A stretch of DNA of 63,856 nt, counting the filler, from Salisapilia sapeloensis CBS 127946 (taxonomy: Eukaryota > Protista > Oomycota): NCBI GenBank assembly GCA_023334545.1. It is 17 parts of 17 records of this genome, joined end to end, with 100 filler letters (N's around TTAATTAATTAA, not from the genome) between each part and the next. Parts side by side here need not be neighbours in the genome. Positions count along the whole stretch, not along the records: positions 13,833 to 37,203 come from JAADVB010000267.1; positions 37,304 to 38,549 come from JAADVB010001233.1; positions 38,650 to 41,143 come from JAADVB010000892.1; positions 41,244 to 42,439 come from JAADVB010001262.1; positions 42,540 to 44,881 come from JAADVB010000917.1; positions 44,982 to 52,032 come from JAADVB010000536.1; 11 more parts are not named here. One strand, 5' to 3'. Each line of letters starts with the position of its first letter. The first letter of the stretch is position 1. The notes below the pieces were generated by a model. The model was not told the DNA's origin. It ran no database searches and saw only the letters and a list, made by a program, of their open reading frames with translations. Made by a program: the position numbers and the translations under genes. Of the stretch, positions 35,151 to 46,324 are shown piece by piece.

Positions 35151-35765
35151 TCAAAAGCTCATGTTCTTATGGGCATCCACATCTTCTTGACTATACTTGA
35201 GCGTGTCTTTCAGGCCCAGGAGTGAGCAAATAATTTTAAATTTCGCTCGAATGTGCAGCAATCGTTGCATCATGTCTTCGTCAATCTTATTCTGTGGTTC
35301 ATAAGATGTCAGTTCCATCTCTATCGACATCATTGGCTGTATTGTACCTCTAGTTCATAAGACTGCACTAGTTTGCCAAAGTTGGTGATGGCTTTCTTTG
35401 CACGGTCGCTAGGATAGATTGCAATTAGTTTAGGAACATGATAGTAATCAGGATATAGTCTACTTGATAGCGCTGGCTGTTTGCTCATTGGCAAGCATTT
35501 GCTGCCAGACATGGAAGCAACCTTGGTAAAAGCCAATTTCACTGCCAATCTCCAGTCCTTTTGTGATACTAAGTATAAAAATGAGTCGACATGAGCATTG
35601 AGAACCAACCATAAAGAGTAAAGCCTAGTTGCCGTACCCAAGTGCTTTGCCTTCTTCCACACCCATTTCTCTGCCCTGGTCGATGCCCATCTCTTCTCCT
35701 TCGGCAAGCGCTTCCTCCTCCCAGTTGCTGATAGCATCGAACGCATCCTCGATACTCATTGCCAT
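35151..35765 (-). CDS. LTO1: LTO1/ORAOV1 homolog (Yae1-N domain), three introns; missed by the ORF track
   Basis: Spliced: MAMSIEDAFDAISNWEEEALAEGEEMGIDQGREMGVEEGKALG / YHKGLEIGSEIGFYQGCFHVW / RAKKAI / DMMQRLLHIRAKFKIICSLLG. Confidence 0.8.
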
Positions 35766-37303
35766 GACTGCGTTTAATGGTGTGTGAGTTCCAAGTTTCA
35801 GCCTATAGAAAAACCTAATTAAAGCCTAGCATCCTTTCAAGATATGGACAGCCTAGCAGAGATATAAAGCTCACCCTTGGATCACCAGCTCTAGGGTATG
35901 GTTAAAAAGCCATTCTAAGCGGTTACTCGGTATTGCCATTCCCGTTTAAATTAACCGACTACCGGGTATTCTAAGCGAAAAAGAAAGAGCATTGGCATCC
36001 GTACTGGTCTCCCGTATGTGCCCAACAATATATGAGTGTAGACGGCTACGCATATCTGCAGCACGTGTGCTGCATAGCTTTCCGTCCACATGAATCCCTC
36101 GCAATATCACCGACGTCCACTTTTTCGTATGTATATCTCCAATCGTCCCACCTTATGGCTCGCATATCTTCACTCCGTGCATCTTGTTCAGTTCATTTCG
36201 GTCGTCGAAACGTCAATTGTCAGCTGCCTTTGTATGTCGACTCCTTCAAATTGCCTTGCTAGTTTTGTTAAATGCAAGACATTTCAGTCATATTTCGAGC
36301 TCCCTCCGGTTGACCGGCACACGTTGGCGAAGAAGTGACCTCCAGGAAGACCTGGCCTCCCCGGAGATCTTGCACGTTGAGCGCGGGTTGCTGGTTGTCG
36401 GTTGCGCGCGTTGTGGGAGATCGGAGAATGGGCAGTTTTGTTCAAGGCTTGAAAGTAAGAGCGGATGTAACATTAAGCTAGAAAGATAGCCGAAAGGTCC
36501 AAGAGGATTACGATGGATATGTGCAGATAAAGAAGAGAAGATAACAAATAACTGAGAAATACACTGTCCAACACGAAAAGCCTTTAGACTGCAGTCAAGT
36601 TCCTTTTCTATCCATTATCCTTCAAAATATACCGTGAATCCGATAAGATTACCTTACTGCTACCGTTCCGAGAACTACTCAGCAGAGTCCTCTTCGTATT
36701 CTATTTCTCGGTAATTCATTTTTGACAGCCTAAAATATACAGTTTAGAGGTCTGACGATGCATTGAACCGCCGTAGGGAAGTTTGGGTAGAATCAACAAC
36801 ATCTCGTTGCTTCTAGGTACGAGGATAGTATTTTCTAGTTAATAGACGCGCTCTCTTCATGCTTAAAAATGCGTAAAATTAACGAAGGTTTATTACTTTT
36901 TACAAGCTCCATAGTCTAAAGGTGTTTATAGCCCCTTTCCAGTCAAGATGGCCTGAACTACCCAGAGTAATTTAAAGACTCAGACAGAATACGTTCTAAT
37001 CTTGCACTCATGCTTCGACGTAAAGACATCTTAATTACGTTTTCTTATTTAATACCTGATGAGTGACGATTCGAAAGTGCGAGTCAACAGAAGAAAAAAG
37101 TCGAAGCGCCCGAAAGCTTGACGCTTCACAGGTCTTGACCGGAAACTAGCAATTGGATACGAAGTTGAATTGTAAGGGTTTCCTAGCGTTCTTAGAACTA
37201 AAANNNNNNNNNNNNNNNNNNNNNNNNNNNNNNNNNNNNNNNNNNNNTTAATTAATTAANNNNNNNNNNNNNNNNNNNNNNNNNNNNNNNNNNNNNNNNN
37301 NNN

Positions 37304-38126
37304 GTCAACGGACGCTTCTCCGGCGTCGACGACTTGAATGACGTCGGAGTCGCCGAACCGCTCGATGCGCGCGTCACCTCCGGCGTAGAAGCGTCGTCGC
37401 TGTCGTTCTCGTCCTCTGCGTTCGCCTCCACGAGCGGATCGATGACCTTCTTCCAATCCGACAGAGTCCACGTCGAGTCCGCGTCGAAGGGCACGCCGTT
37501 CAGCGTGTAAAGAGGCGTGCCGGACATGCCTCGAGTGCAAGTGTACTTCCACGAAAGACGAGCCGCATGGTCCGCGAACGTACCTCCGTATCCGTTCATA
37601 CCCTCTTCCCACTGCTTCCGACTGAGCTCCGGGAACGTCTGACTCGCCAGCTCAAACAGTTTGTCCGACACTTGCACCGGAGACAGCTCCTTGGTCGCCT
37701 CGTTCCAGAACATGTCCTGGTTGTTGTACATGGTCTCCACCCACTGGTCGAACGCGCCGTCTCCAAGTGCAGACGTGATCGTGTACGTCGCTTCTGCGGC
37801 CGCGAATGCGTGCTGGTGATACGGCAGCGGGAAGAGTACGAACTGGATGCGGAGCTGGTCTTCCGCGTAGTGTCCGGCCAGGCTGCGGAGTCCGGGGAAC
37901 GCCGCCTTGCTGTCTGGGCAGAGCTACAGAAGATTGCAAGTCAGTCAGATGGTACGAGATGACGCGAAGAAGACAACGAGAGACACACCAGGTCAATGTA
38001 CGCTTCCAGCTGGACCCCGGCACTCGCTCGGCCGCCAGCGTACGAAAAGCCCACGGGTCTGTTCGGCACGGGAACGCTCGAGGCCGTGGCAACCAGCGTG
38101 GTCAACAAGAGCAGCGCGAACATCAT
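37304..38126 (-). CDS. Secreted DsbA-like thioredoxin-fold protein (CxxS), 3'-partial; intron 37924-37988
   Basis: Signal peptide MMFALLLLTTLVATASS; LEAYIDL/LCPDSK; FPLPYHQHAF; RGMSGTPLYTLNG (cis-Pro loop). Confidence 0.85.
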
Positions 38127-38324
38127 GCTGCTTCTCTCGGAACAACTCTGCAAGTGAGCTCTGCCGCCACTCGTCCAGGTTCCCATCTCCTGCTCCGCGA
38201 TCCGAAAAGAACCACTTGACAAAATTCAAACGCGCTTCCCATTCGCCAAAACTCATCGTCGATCAACGCAGCAGCCAATCAACGGACTTTATAGGAACTT
38301 CTACCTACAACCGCCTATAGACAA

Positions 38325-38549
38325 CTACAGAGCAGTGCGCTGGCCTAGAGCTGCGTCTCCTTCTTCCTCTTCCTCGCTGACCTCTTCCTCGTCACTGCTG
38401 TCGCTCATCCCAGTCGCAGCCGTCTCCTCGTCGCTCCCGTGGATAATCACCTCGTGCTCACCACTCTTCGCGTGCCGACCGCGAACGCACATGGCCGTCA
38501 CACAAGCCACCAAGACACTGCACGCGATGGCAATCACAATAGACACCCA
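38325..38549 (-). CDS. 3' end of a gene with C-terminal TM and acidic tail (5'-partial)
   Basis: WVSIVIAIACSVLVACVTAMCVRGRHAK...SDSSDEEEVSEEEEE...* runs from the contig edge. Confidence 0.65.
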   Translation of the reverse strand, partial: WVSIVIAIACSVLVACVTAMCVRGRHAKSGEHEVIIHGSDEETAATGMSDSSDEEEVSEEEEEGDAALGQRTAL

Positions 38550-38737
38550 NNNNNNNNNNNNNNNNNNNNNNNNNNNNNNNNNNNNNNNNNNNNTTAATTA
38601 ATTAANNNNNNNNNNNNNNNNNNNNNNNNNNNNNNNNNNNNNNNNNNNNAGTGATTGCCGCCGTATCGTCTCCACCTGAAGATTTGACACAGCGTCTTCA
38701 TGTCATTTCCACATTAGCACGCATATAAGACTCAGTC

Positions 38738-40276
38738 ATGACGACGCCATGGACTGCCGACGCATATGAAGACTTTTCACTCTCAGACGCAAAGAAGGAT
38801 GATTGCAAGCGCATCGCGATGATACTCGTCCATGAAGCGCTCCGACATTATCAAAAGTTTGATCAAACAGAACCCCGGAATTTTGATGCTAAGCGTTGGA
38901 AACCGATCAAGACAGCGAACAATGTAACCATGTACCGTGAGCGGCATCCATCCCGGCGCGTCGTGAAAGATTCGTACACTGATAGTGCTGGCTGGCAAGT
39001 TCCGGGTCTGATCGTCGGCAATGGGACCATCTCGAAAAATATCGACGATGTCTTGTTCGGTCTTGCATACGGTGACGAGGCGTCACTTCTGCAAGGGTTG
39101 AGTCAGTTCGATTCCCCAGTGACGAATGCTCAGATTCTTTCGACGATTGAAAAGCCGAGTCTGGAGCATCCGTATCGGTGCACTGTTCTCCAATGGCATG
39201 CTGCTAGTCCGAGTCCGGCACTCCGAGGGGTGGTCAAAGACCGAGATGGCGTTTACGTTCGAGCGACTGGAATTCTCCAGCTCGATGGGGGCGAGCGCAT
39301 TGGATACAATCTCATGCACTCGCTTGACTTGCCGACCACTCCTCCTCTCGAAGAGCAGGGCATCATACGATCTCGTATTTCGTCTTGTGTTCTCTTCAAG
39401 CCCACTTCGGACCAATCGGTTGAAGTGTTCGTCAAGGGATACTATGAAGTAATCGGAATCAACATTCTCGACTCCATCGCTGTCGTCCACTTGGCGACTG
39501 CACTCATGGATACGTGGGCATCGGTCGAGTGTGCGAAGAAGAAGAAGCTTTCGTGGCTCCTTCAGAGGAAAAACGCGGATAAGAAGGATGTCATGAGCTC
39601 TATTGGTATCGGTGAAGCCGATAGCAAGTCGGCGTGTCGATCCTGCAAAAAGCGGTTTGGCCCCTTGCGCAAGGCTTATGGCTGTGACTTGTGTGAGTCG
39701 CTCGTCTGCCGGAAATGCGTTCTTGCGGTCGAGCTGTTGGACGTCATCCCCAAGTTGAAGGTTACGACCAAGAAGGTTCGCCTCTGCTCCACTTGCGACC
39801 AATTTACGATGCAAGTGAATTCATACAAAGTTGCCCAGCAAGAAATTCTAGCTGGAAGGTACGAAGGAGATGGTAATGGATCCACTGTCGTTGAACCAAC
39901 CAGGATTGAGCAGCTTGCGGAAGGGACAAGTGCTCTGACAGGAAAGGATTCTTGTGCTGGCGAAGTGTACGAATTTGGATCAGGTCAACGTAGTCCTTCG
40001 ACAGAAGGCTCACTCAGTGCCTTTGCCAAGCTGACATCGTCTACCGATGCTTCTCAGACTTTTAAGTCGAAAAGAAAATCTTCTGATGAAGGCTCAGACG
40101 AAAAAGAACCTGAAAATGGCGAAGAGGAATTGGACACAATGGTTGAGAAAATATGGAGAAATAGCATTTCGGAGCTTGATTTGAAGGATCAAGAGCGTGA
40201 TCGGCAACTAGCATGGCTAAAGATGACTGAGATGAGACTTCGGCAGGATGAGTCGGCCGATGTAGGGTCCAAGTAA
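38738..40276 (+). CDS. Oomycete-type START-like + FYVE zinc-finger protein
   Basis: WKPIKTANNVTMYRE, RDGVYVRATG, GERIGYNLMHSLD (START-like); CRSCKKRFG...CDLC...VCRKC...LCSTC (FYVE-like). Confidence 0.82.
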   Translation: MTTPWTADAYEDFSLSDAKKDDCKRIAMILVHEALRHYQKFDQTEPRNFDAKRWKPIKTANNVTMYRERHPSRRVVKDSYTDSAGWQVPGLIVGNGTISKNIDDVLFGLAYGDEASLLQGLSQFDSPVTNAQILSTIEKPSLEHPYRCTVLQWHAASPSPALRGVVKDRDGVYVRATGILQLDGGERIGYNLMHSLDLPTTPPLEEQGIIRSRISSCVLFKPTSDQSVEVFVKGYYEVIGINILDSIAVVHLATALMDTWASVECAKKKKLSWLLQRKNADKKDVMSSIGIGEADSKSACRSCKKRFGPLRKAYGCDLCESLVCRKCVLAVELLDVIPKLKVTTKKVRLCSTCDQFTMQVNSYKVAQQEILAGRYEGDGNGSTVVEPTRIEQLAEGTSALTGKDSCAGEVYEFGSGQRSPSTEGSLSAFAKLTSSTDASQTFKSKRKSSDEGSDEKEPENGEEELDTMVEKIWRNSISELDLKDQERDRQLAWLKMTEMRLRQDESADVGSK

Positions 40277-41243
40277 AAAGAAAGCATGCTGCTTAAATTT
40301 TGAAGAGCCTAAATTCCATAAAAGCTTGCATCCGTTGGCCGTACACTTTATTGGAAAGGATTCAATATTGCGACACTTTCATTTGTACTGCTTGTTAGTT
40401 ATTTGTCAAACTTATTTGGCGCTTCAATTCGAGTCCGCAGGCACTTAACTGCCAGGATCTTGATTAAAACTTGAATTTTCTTTGACATCTGAACGAAATT
40501 GTGTCCTAGTCTGAGAGACAAGTTGGAGGAGCTTCCGTATGAAAGCTGATGGAGTGACGTCAAGTTCCTGTGAAGTTGATTATTGATTACAACCCCTTAC
40601 ATCCTTCAAGACGTCCCGTCATCTCCTTTCGAGTAGTCCTCATCAATGACTTATATCGTCAACTGATCCATAGCCTCGTGAACACAATACATTGATCCAT
40701 CCATTGTCTTGAACTGCCACTTTTAGTTAATCGATAAAGTGCTGTTCACTCTCTTTTGGATCACCGCCCTCAAACAATTCCATCATGGTACTTTCGCACT
40801 CAGATTCAGGATGTGGATAATTGCTTTGTAATGCTTCCTTCGTAAGCTTGTTATAACGACAAAGCTATCCGCTGGGACTGTTAAATGCCTCCGTCAAGAA
40901 CACCAATGCCAGTGTTCACTTACGAGGTTCATCAGCTTATTCTTTGCCTGCATATTCCAAAAGTGCCACTCGGTCAATAAAATTTAACTGTATCCATCCT
41001 GTTGACAAGCCACCGATGATGTGTGTACTGGATTATAAATTCAAACGACTGCCTCGGGCGCAATCTTCATTCAAAAGATCGTGACGAGCACGTAATGATG
41101 CGCATGATCTTGGGAGGCCCAACAGTCACCATCACGGCAGATGNNNNNNNNNNNNNNNNNNNNNNNNNNNNNNNNNNNNNNNNNNNNTTAATTAATTAAN
41201 NNNNNNNNNNNNNNNNNNNNNNNNNNNNNNNNNNNNNNNNNNN

Positions 41244-41489
41244 CGGACGTCCTGGACGCATTTTCGATCAATGCATCTTCGCTCTCGGTCTCGGAACCTT
41301 CGTCCGGACTGCAGAGATCGACCACCTCATCAGGATCGCCTTGGTCGTCTGGCTCGCTATCTGAGTCGACCGTGATGACCTCGGTCTCGGTCGACCTGGC
41401 CGGCATGTGCCTCTCCAAGTAGTCATATAGAGACGACTTGGTTTGCGACGTTTGCTCGATGGCCGCCTTGTACTTCCCAGGTGTGATGC
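41244..41489 (-). CDS. Acidic ORF fragment cut by an LTR at one end and the contig edge at the other
   Basis: ITPGKYKAAIEQ...EVITVDSDSEPDD...EVVDLCSPDE... is open up to the LTR terminus at 41490. Confidence 0.45.
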
Positions 41490-41839
41490 TGTGACGGGTG
41501 TCACAACGATAGCCCTTTAAATGTAAGGGAAGCGTAAAACGCGGAGTACGAAACTCCTGTACTAAAAGTACGGAAGTAGTGTAAGACACTCGTGCTTTAG
41601 AAAGCAAAATGAGAACTGATTGTATTGAGGCTTAATCCGAATACTAGACTTAACGTTTCTATATACCTACTACATCCTAATACGATCTCCTTAAACTTCA
41701 TCTTAGTATGGAAAGGTCTAACGACCATTCCTGTTCCTTGTAACTTTGTGTTAGCATCATATGCTCCAATACAAGGACCCACTTCAAGATCCGGAATGTT
41801 ACCCCAGCTTGGGATACATTCATGTAACTTCCCGTTACA
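41490..41839. mobile_element. LTR of a Gypsy-type retrotransposon (family A, copy 2)
   Basis: 350 bp, TGTGACGGG...CCCGTTACA, homologous to 3941-4289. Flanks GATGC and CTTAT give no TSD. Confidence 0.75.
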
Positions 41840-42029
41840 CTTATAGTCCTTTCTGGACATCTAACAGGATCTATGTCGTCTATCGATGATCTACCTAAGA
41901 ACAGACTCAATTAGCTCATGATCGAATTCGCCATCAACAACTCATGCACCCCAGATCCTACCCTCAACTACCCTTGCCTGTAATAGAGTTACCGCTCTAT
42001 TCCTAACCAACCGGTCAACACCGAGTTCT

Positions 42030-42439
42030 GTGACTCCAAGTTTGTATGTCAAAGAGTATGACTAGGAAAATATATGGTCAACAGCAGTGAGTCAGACTTT
42101 GTATGTCAACATATACGACTTGGAAAATATATGGTCAATATCACTTACTCCACCTTTGTATGTCAACATATACGACTCGGAAATTATATGCTTAAGAGAG
42201 GTGACTCCAAGTTTGTATGTCTACATATATGACTGGGATAATATACGATCAACAGCAGTGACTCAGACTTTGTATATCAACATACACGACTAGGATAATA
42301 TGTGGTCAATATCAGTGACTTCAAAATTGTATGTCAACATATATCACTAGGATAATATATGCCTCACACACGTGACTCCAAGTTTGTATGCCTACGTATA
42401 TGACTGGGATAATCTATGGTCCTCATGAGTGACTCCAAG
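42030..42439. repeat. 57-bp AT-rich degenerate tandem repeat (7+ units) with a 3-mer (171-bp) higher-order pattern
   Basis: Units start at 42030, 42087, 42144, 42201, 42258, 42315, 42372 and 42429; consensus GTGACTCCAAGTTTGTATGTCAACATATATGACTAGGATAATATATGGTCAA. Runs off the contig end. Confidence 0.93.
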
Positions 42440-42779
42440 NNNNNNNNNNNNNNNNNNNNNNNNNNNNNNNNNNNNNNNNNNNNTTAATTAATTAANNNNN
42501 NNNNNNNNNNNNNNNNNNNNNNNNNNNNNNNNNNNNNNNCATCACCCTCCTGCCTCCAAAAGCGTCTCGCCCAAGTTTCCACCCATCCTCGAAACCCTCA
42601 CGGAATCGGCGATGCGCTACTCGCTTAGAAACGAATGACGCTACGCACAACGAACACAAAGAGCTTTGAACTGAACGAATGGTGGGTTGTATTGACACGG
42701 AAAGAAGCACTATACACAACAAGCACTTCCGCTACGCAATCTAGTATGTTTGCACGGAATTTATACTAGTAGAGAAATC

Positions 42780-44147
42780 TTAGAGACCAAAGAGACCCTG
42801 GTTGTCGATGATGAAGCCGAAGAGCGAGCCAGACGCAATGCCCAAAAAGAGGAAAAAGACACTGATCGACCCGCCGGTCTCACGGTCCTTGGGTTCTAGC
42901 AGTCGAGGCGCCTTGCCGACCGTCACCGTCGACAGCAAGCCATTCGACAGACCGAGCGTGACGTTGAGAATGATCAAGTACGCGACCGCGCCCATGTCAC
43001 CGACTCCGAACCCGTACAGCGACGTGCCGGCAATCCCGACGAGGAACAGCGGAATGTACGCGATGCGGACGACGGTCAAGGTCAGCGCCACAAGCATGCT
43101 CAGCGCACCGTACACCGCAGGCGTCGCGAGCATACGGCCGAAGAAGTCGCCATAGTTGTAGCTACCGATGATGCCAGGAGTGCAGAACCAGTTCTTGATG
43201 TCCTCGTTCGCCTCGCTGGCGAAATCTGTCGTAAAGTTGCGAGCGGCGGCGCACCCAAAGCCAGGGTACGTCGACAGCGACACGAAGAAGACGAGCCACT
43301 CGGCGATGCATGGGACCCAGATCACCTTGAAGACGCGACCCAAGTTGCTCATCCGGTCGCCAAAGCTCATCTCGTTCAGCTTGTTCACGTTCGTGTCGTT
43401 CTCGTTGCGGTCCATCAGGAACTTGACGCACGGCAAAGCGATCACGCGGCGGTACAGGAAGACGGCGCCGATGAGCACGCAGATCAGGAGCGAAAAGAAG
43501 AGGTAGAAGGCCACCTCCGTCGACTTTTTTTCCTGGGAAATGCCGCCGACGATCAGACGCAGGATCGTCGACAGCGTCACGTTCATGACGCCAGCGAGAC
43601 CGTTGCCGATCTGCACCGCGTTCGTGAACTTTTCAATGTGGAACAGAGCAGCGAGCTGGTAGAACGTCGCCTCCGTCAGCGTGTTACAGAAGCCGATGAC
43701 GGCGAAGCAGATCAGCACCAGCACACCGCCAGTGTTCTCGTTCGAGAAGCCGATGGCACTGAAGATCATGATGAGCGCCGCGGACACCATGAAGCAGCCG
43801 TACCCGATGTACATGCGCTTCTCCTGGCTGATCATCTTGTCCAGGCCGAAGAAGAGCTGCAGACCGACGCCCAGGACCATTGGCCACGACGTCACCAGCG
43901 TCGTTAGGAACGAAAAGTCCAGGTCCGTGTCGGCGAACACCACCAAGTAGTAGTCCTGCGCTGTCAGGCAAGAGTAGTACGCCCACAGCACGGAGCCGTT
44001 CAGGAACATGAGGCTCCAGTAGATGAACCGCTCGTTCTTCTTGAGGTCCTGCCAGATCTCGTCCGGCATGCCGTCGTGCCCATTCTCGAGCTCGTCCTCG
44101 AGCACGAGCTTGTCCTTGGTTGTGTCCGGCGACTGGGTGGTCGACAT
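42780..44147 (-). CDS. Equilibrative nucleoside transporter (ENT/SLC29)
   Basis: About 11 TM segments; LNGSVLWAYY, QIGNGLAG, FFVSLSTYPG, YNYGDFFGR, LSNGLLST. Start at MSTTQS (455 aa). Confidence 0.92.
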   Translation of the reverse strand: MSTTQSPDTTKDKLVLEDELENGHDGMPDEIWQDLKKNERFIYWSLMFLNGSVLWAYYSCLTAQDYYLVVFADTDLDFSFLTTLVTSWPMVLGVGLQLFFGLDKMISQEKRMYIGYGCFMVSAALIMIFSAIGFSNENTGGVLVLICFAVIGFCNTLTEATFYQLAALFHIEKFTNAVQIGNGLAGVMNVTLSTILRLIVGGISQEKKSTEVAFYLFFSLLICVLIGAVFLYRRVIALPCVKFLMDRNENDTNVNKLNEMSFGDRMSNLGRVFKVIWVPCIAEWLVFFVSLSTYPGFGCAAARNFTTDFASEANEDIKNWFCTPGIIGSYNYGDFFGRMLATPAVYGALSMLVALTLTVVRIAYIPLFLVGIAGTSLYGFGVGDMGAVAYLIILNVTLGLSNGLLSTVTVGKAPRLLEPKDRETGGSISVFFLFLGIASGSLFGFIIDNQGLFGL

Positions 44148-44981
44148 CGTCACTGCTCTATCGCGCTCTCCGAGGCAAATCGCCAAATGGGAGACCAAAG
44201 GACGGCGAGCAACAAAGCGATGGAGTCGGACAACCCTGCTGGGCACGCCAGCTGGTGTATGTCGGTCACATATCTCGGGGATGCTTTGCTCGCAAGGTCT
44301 CAAGCCATACTTTTGGTCTGTGGAAAGTTGGCGTCGAGACGAGGGTGGACGAAGCTCCAGGAGCGAGGGTGCCGTCCGGAAGCTCCGTCATCGCCACGGA
44401 AACACGGGTCGCGTCCGCCTAGACACAGGATGCGGGATGGCAGCGTTCTCAGATCGGGACGGACCGTGGGATGCACTTCGTCCCACGTTTTCATCTTCCG
44501 TAAATACGAATACCTTCTTGGCTGGATTTCTATTCACCCGCTTCGACGGGACATCGTGCTCGTCCTCGGTAGCTTGGTCAAGGCACCAGATGCATCTGCC
44601 AGGGACACTTTAATTGCTAGGTATCTCGGAACCGAAGTTAACGCTACCTTCGCCAGCAGGACGAGCTTCCGCTGGAAATCCCGGCTCTATGCACGTGGAC
44701 CGATCTGAGTTCTGGCTGTCAGACCCTGGATCGGGGTTCCGATTTCGTGGATTCGCATCACCCGACCTGGTCGATCAAGTACCTTGTCGATGCCACGTGT
44801 GGACGCTCGTACCGTCGGCACCGTAGAGCGACTCACTTCCTCCATCCTCTTGTCCATACACAACGTCGATCCTACACTTCCNNNNNNNNNNNNNNNNNNN
44901 NNNNNNNNNNNNNNNNNNNNNNNNNTTAATTAATTAANNNNNNNNNNNNNNNNNNNNNNNNNNNNNNNNNNNNNNNNNNNN

Positions 44982-45088
<107 letters not shown>

Positions 45089-45187
45089 TATGTCTGTCGT
45101 CTACTTTTGCATCGCCAACGTGTTTTCAAATCAGTGGTGGTATATTGGCTGCATCCATTTCCAAGTGGCATATCGCCCATCTTATAC

Positions 45188-45708
45188 TTATTCTTCGTGG
45201 TACTTTGCCTTGAGGAAATCTTTCTTCATCGAGTGGAAACGCAAGAGCATCCAGTAGATGGTGAACGTCAGCGCACTGATCCACCAGTTCCGCTCGACGC
45301 GCCAGCGTGTTGCTTTCTTCTGCAAGTCTGCACCGAAGTGGCCCTCGACTTTCTGCTCTTCATTCATCGCGTATCGCTTCTGCAAGTCATACGTTTGGGC
45401 TACAAGATGTATAAGCTCCTGCATCATTCTTACGATAATGAAATGATAACGTACCACAGAGCACAGCGAACGAAATGAGTGTGATCATCGCAAAGATACG
45501 TAATGTGCCGATGCGGAGGTTGAATACAAAGTCGCCGAGACGAACGATGCCATTGTTAATGGCCATACCAGGGAACGGAACGGTCATGAGCACGAGCCTG
45601 AGATGGTAAAAATGAGCAATCGAATGCGAGTTCTAGGGATTAAAACACATACAGCACGGTGGCTGGCGGCAGTAGGATGTACGTCATGGTGGCCCACGCA
45701 GTTGCCAT
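45188..45708 (-). CDS. BAP29/BAP31-like ER membrane protein (two introns)
   Basis: Spliced: MATAWATMTYILLPPATVL / LVLMTVPFP...LISFAVLC / AQTYDLQKRY...RWRVERNWWISALTFTIYWMLLRF (ERN motif). Confidence 0.75.
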
Positions 45709-46030
45709 CTTGATTGTCGACTAGAATGTACTTGTGTCTTCCGGCGCGAATCGAATTGTGACAAAATTTAGAATGAAGATCTTCTTGTTGGATCCGATAA
45801 GGTTTCTCGAAGGTGCGCCTACGTTTCCAACGTATCCTCTTGTCTGTTTCACAGCATATTCTCGCGGCCACCGTAGTTGATCGACTATAAATGGATTTCT
45901 TAAAGGCATACATTCATATGCAGGTGCGCAGATGCGCAGTGGATTTTCATGTAGCCCTTGGATGGTGGTATCCAACGCTTCAAGATCCGACTACCTGCTC
46001 GAATGCAAATCAGTCGATAAGGTTGCAACA

Positions 46031-46294
46031 ATGGCGTTGCTCCAGGAGTTAATGCAGCCAGGGAGTACTGCGTTTGTGGTGGCGTTAAATGTCGTCCTCG
46101 TCGCGCTCTTCATCACCATGTTCACAGTGGTCTATACGCAGCTGGAGGAGACGTACCACCTCTATATCATGGCCTTCCTTACTATCGGTCTTGGGGTCTC
46201 GATCAACGTTTTCATGTACGAGGTCAAGCATCAAGGTCCGATCGCAAGTACGAGCGACCGTCAGAAGGAAACGGAGCGAGCCAAGACGGATTAG
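46031..46294 (+). CDS. PKR1: V-ATPase assembly factor Pkr1-like
   Basis: MALLQELMQPGST...LNVVLVALFITMF...HLYIMAFLTIGLGVSINVFMYE; two-TM small ER protein pattern. Confidence 0.75.
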   Translation: MALLQELMQPGSTAFVVALNVVLVALFITMFTVVYTQLEETYHLYIMAFLTIGLGVSINVFMYEVKHQGPIASTSDRQKETERAKTD

Positions 46295-46324
46295 AAAGAA
46301 TAAAACTAGTGCGTTCAAATTGAA

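Noticed and set aside
40300-41143. Protein-like minus-strand fragments with many stops
   Set aside because: Probably a decayed TE or gene, but no diagnostic motif could be assigned.
42087-42293. ORF with 19-aa repeats (LYVNIYD)
   Set aside because: A by-product of the 57-bp satellite; neighbouring units have in-frame TAG stops. Also not CRISPR, since there are no unique spacers.
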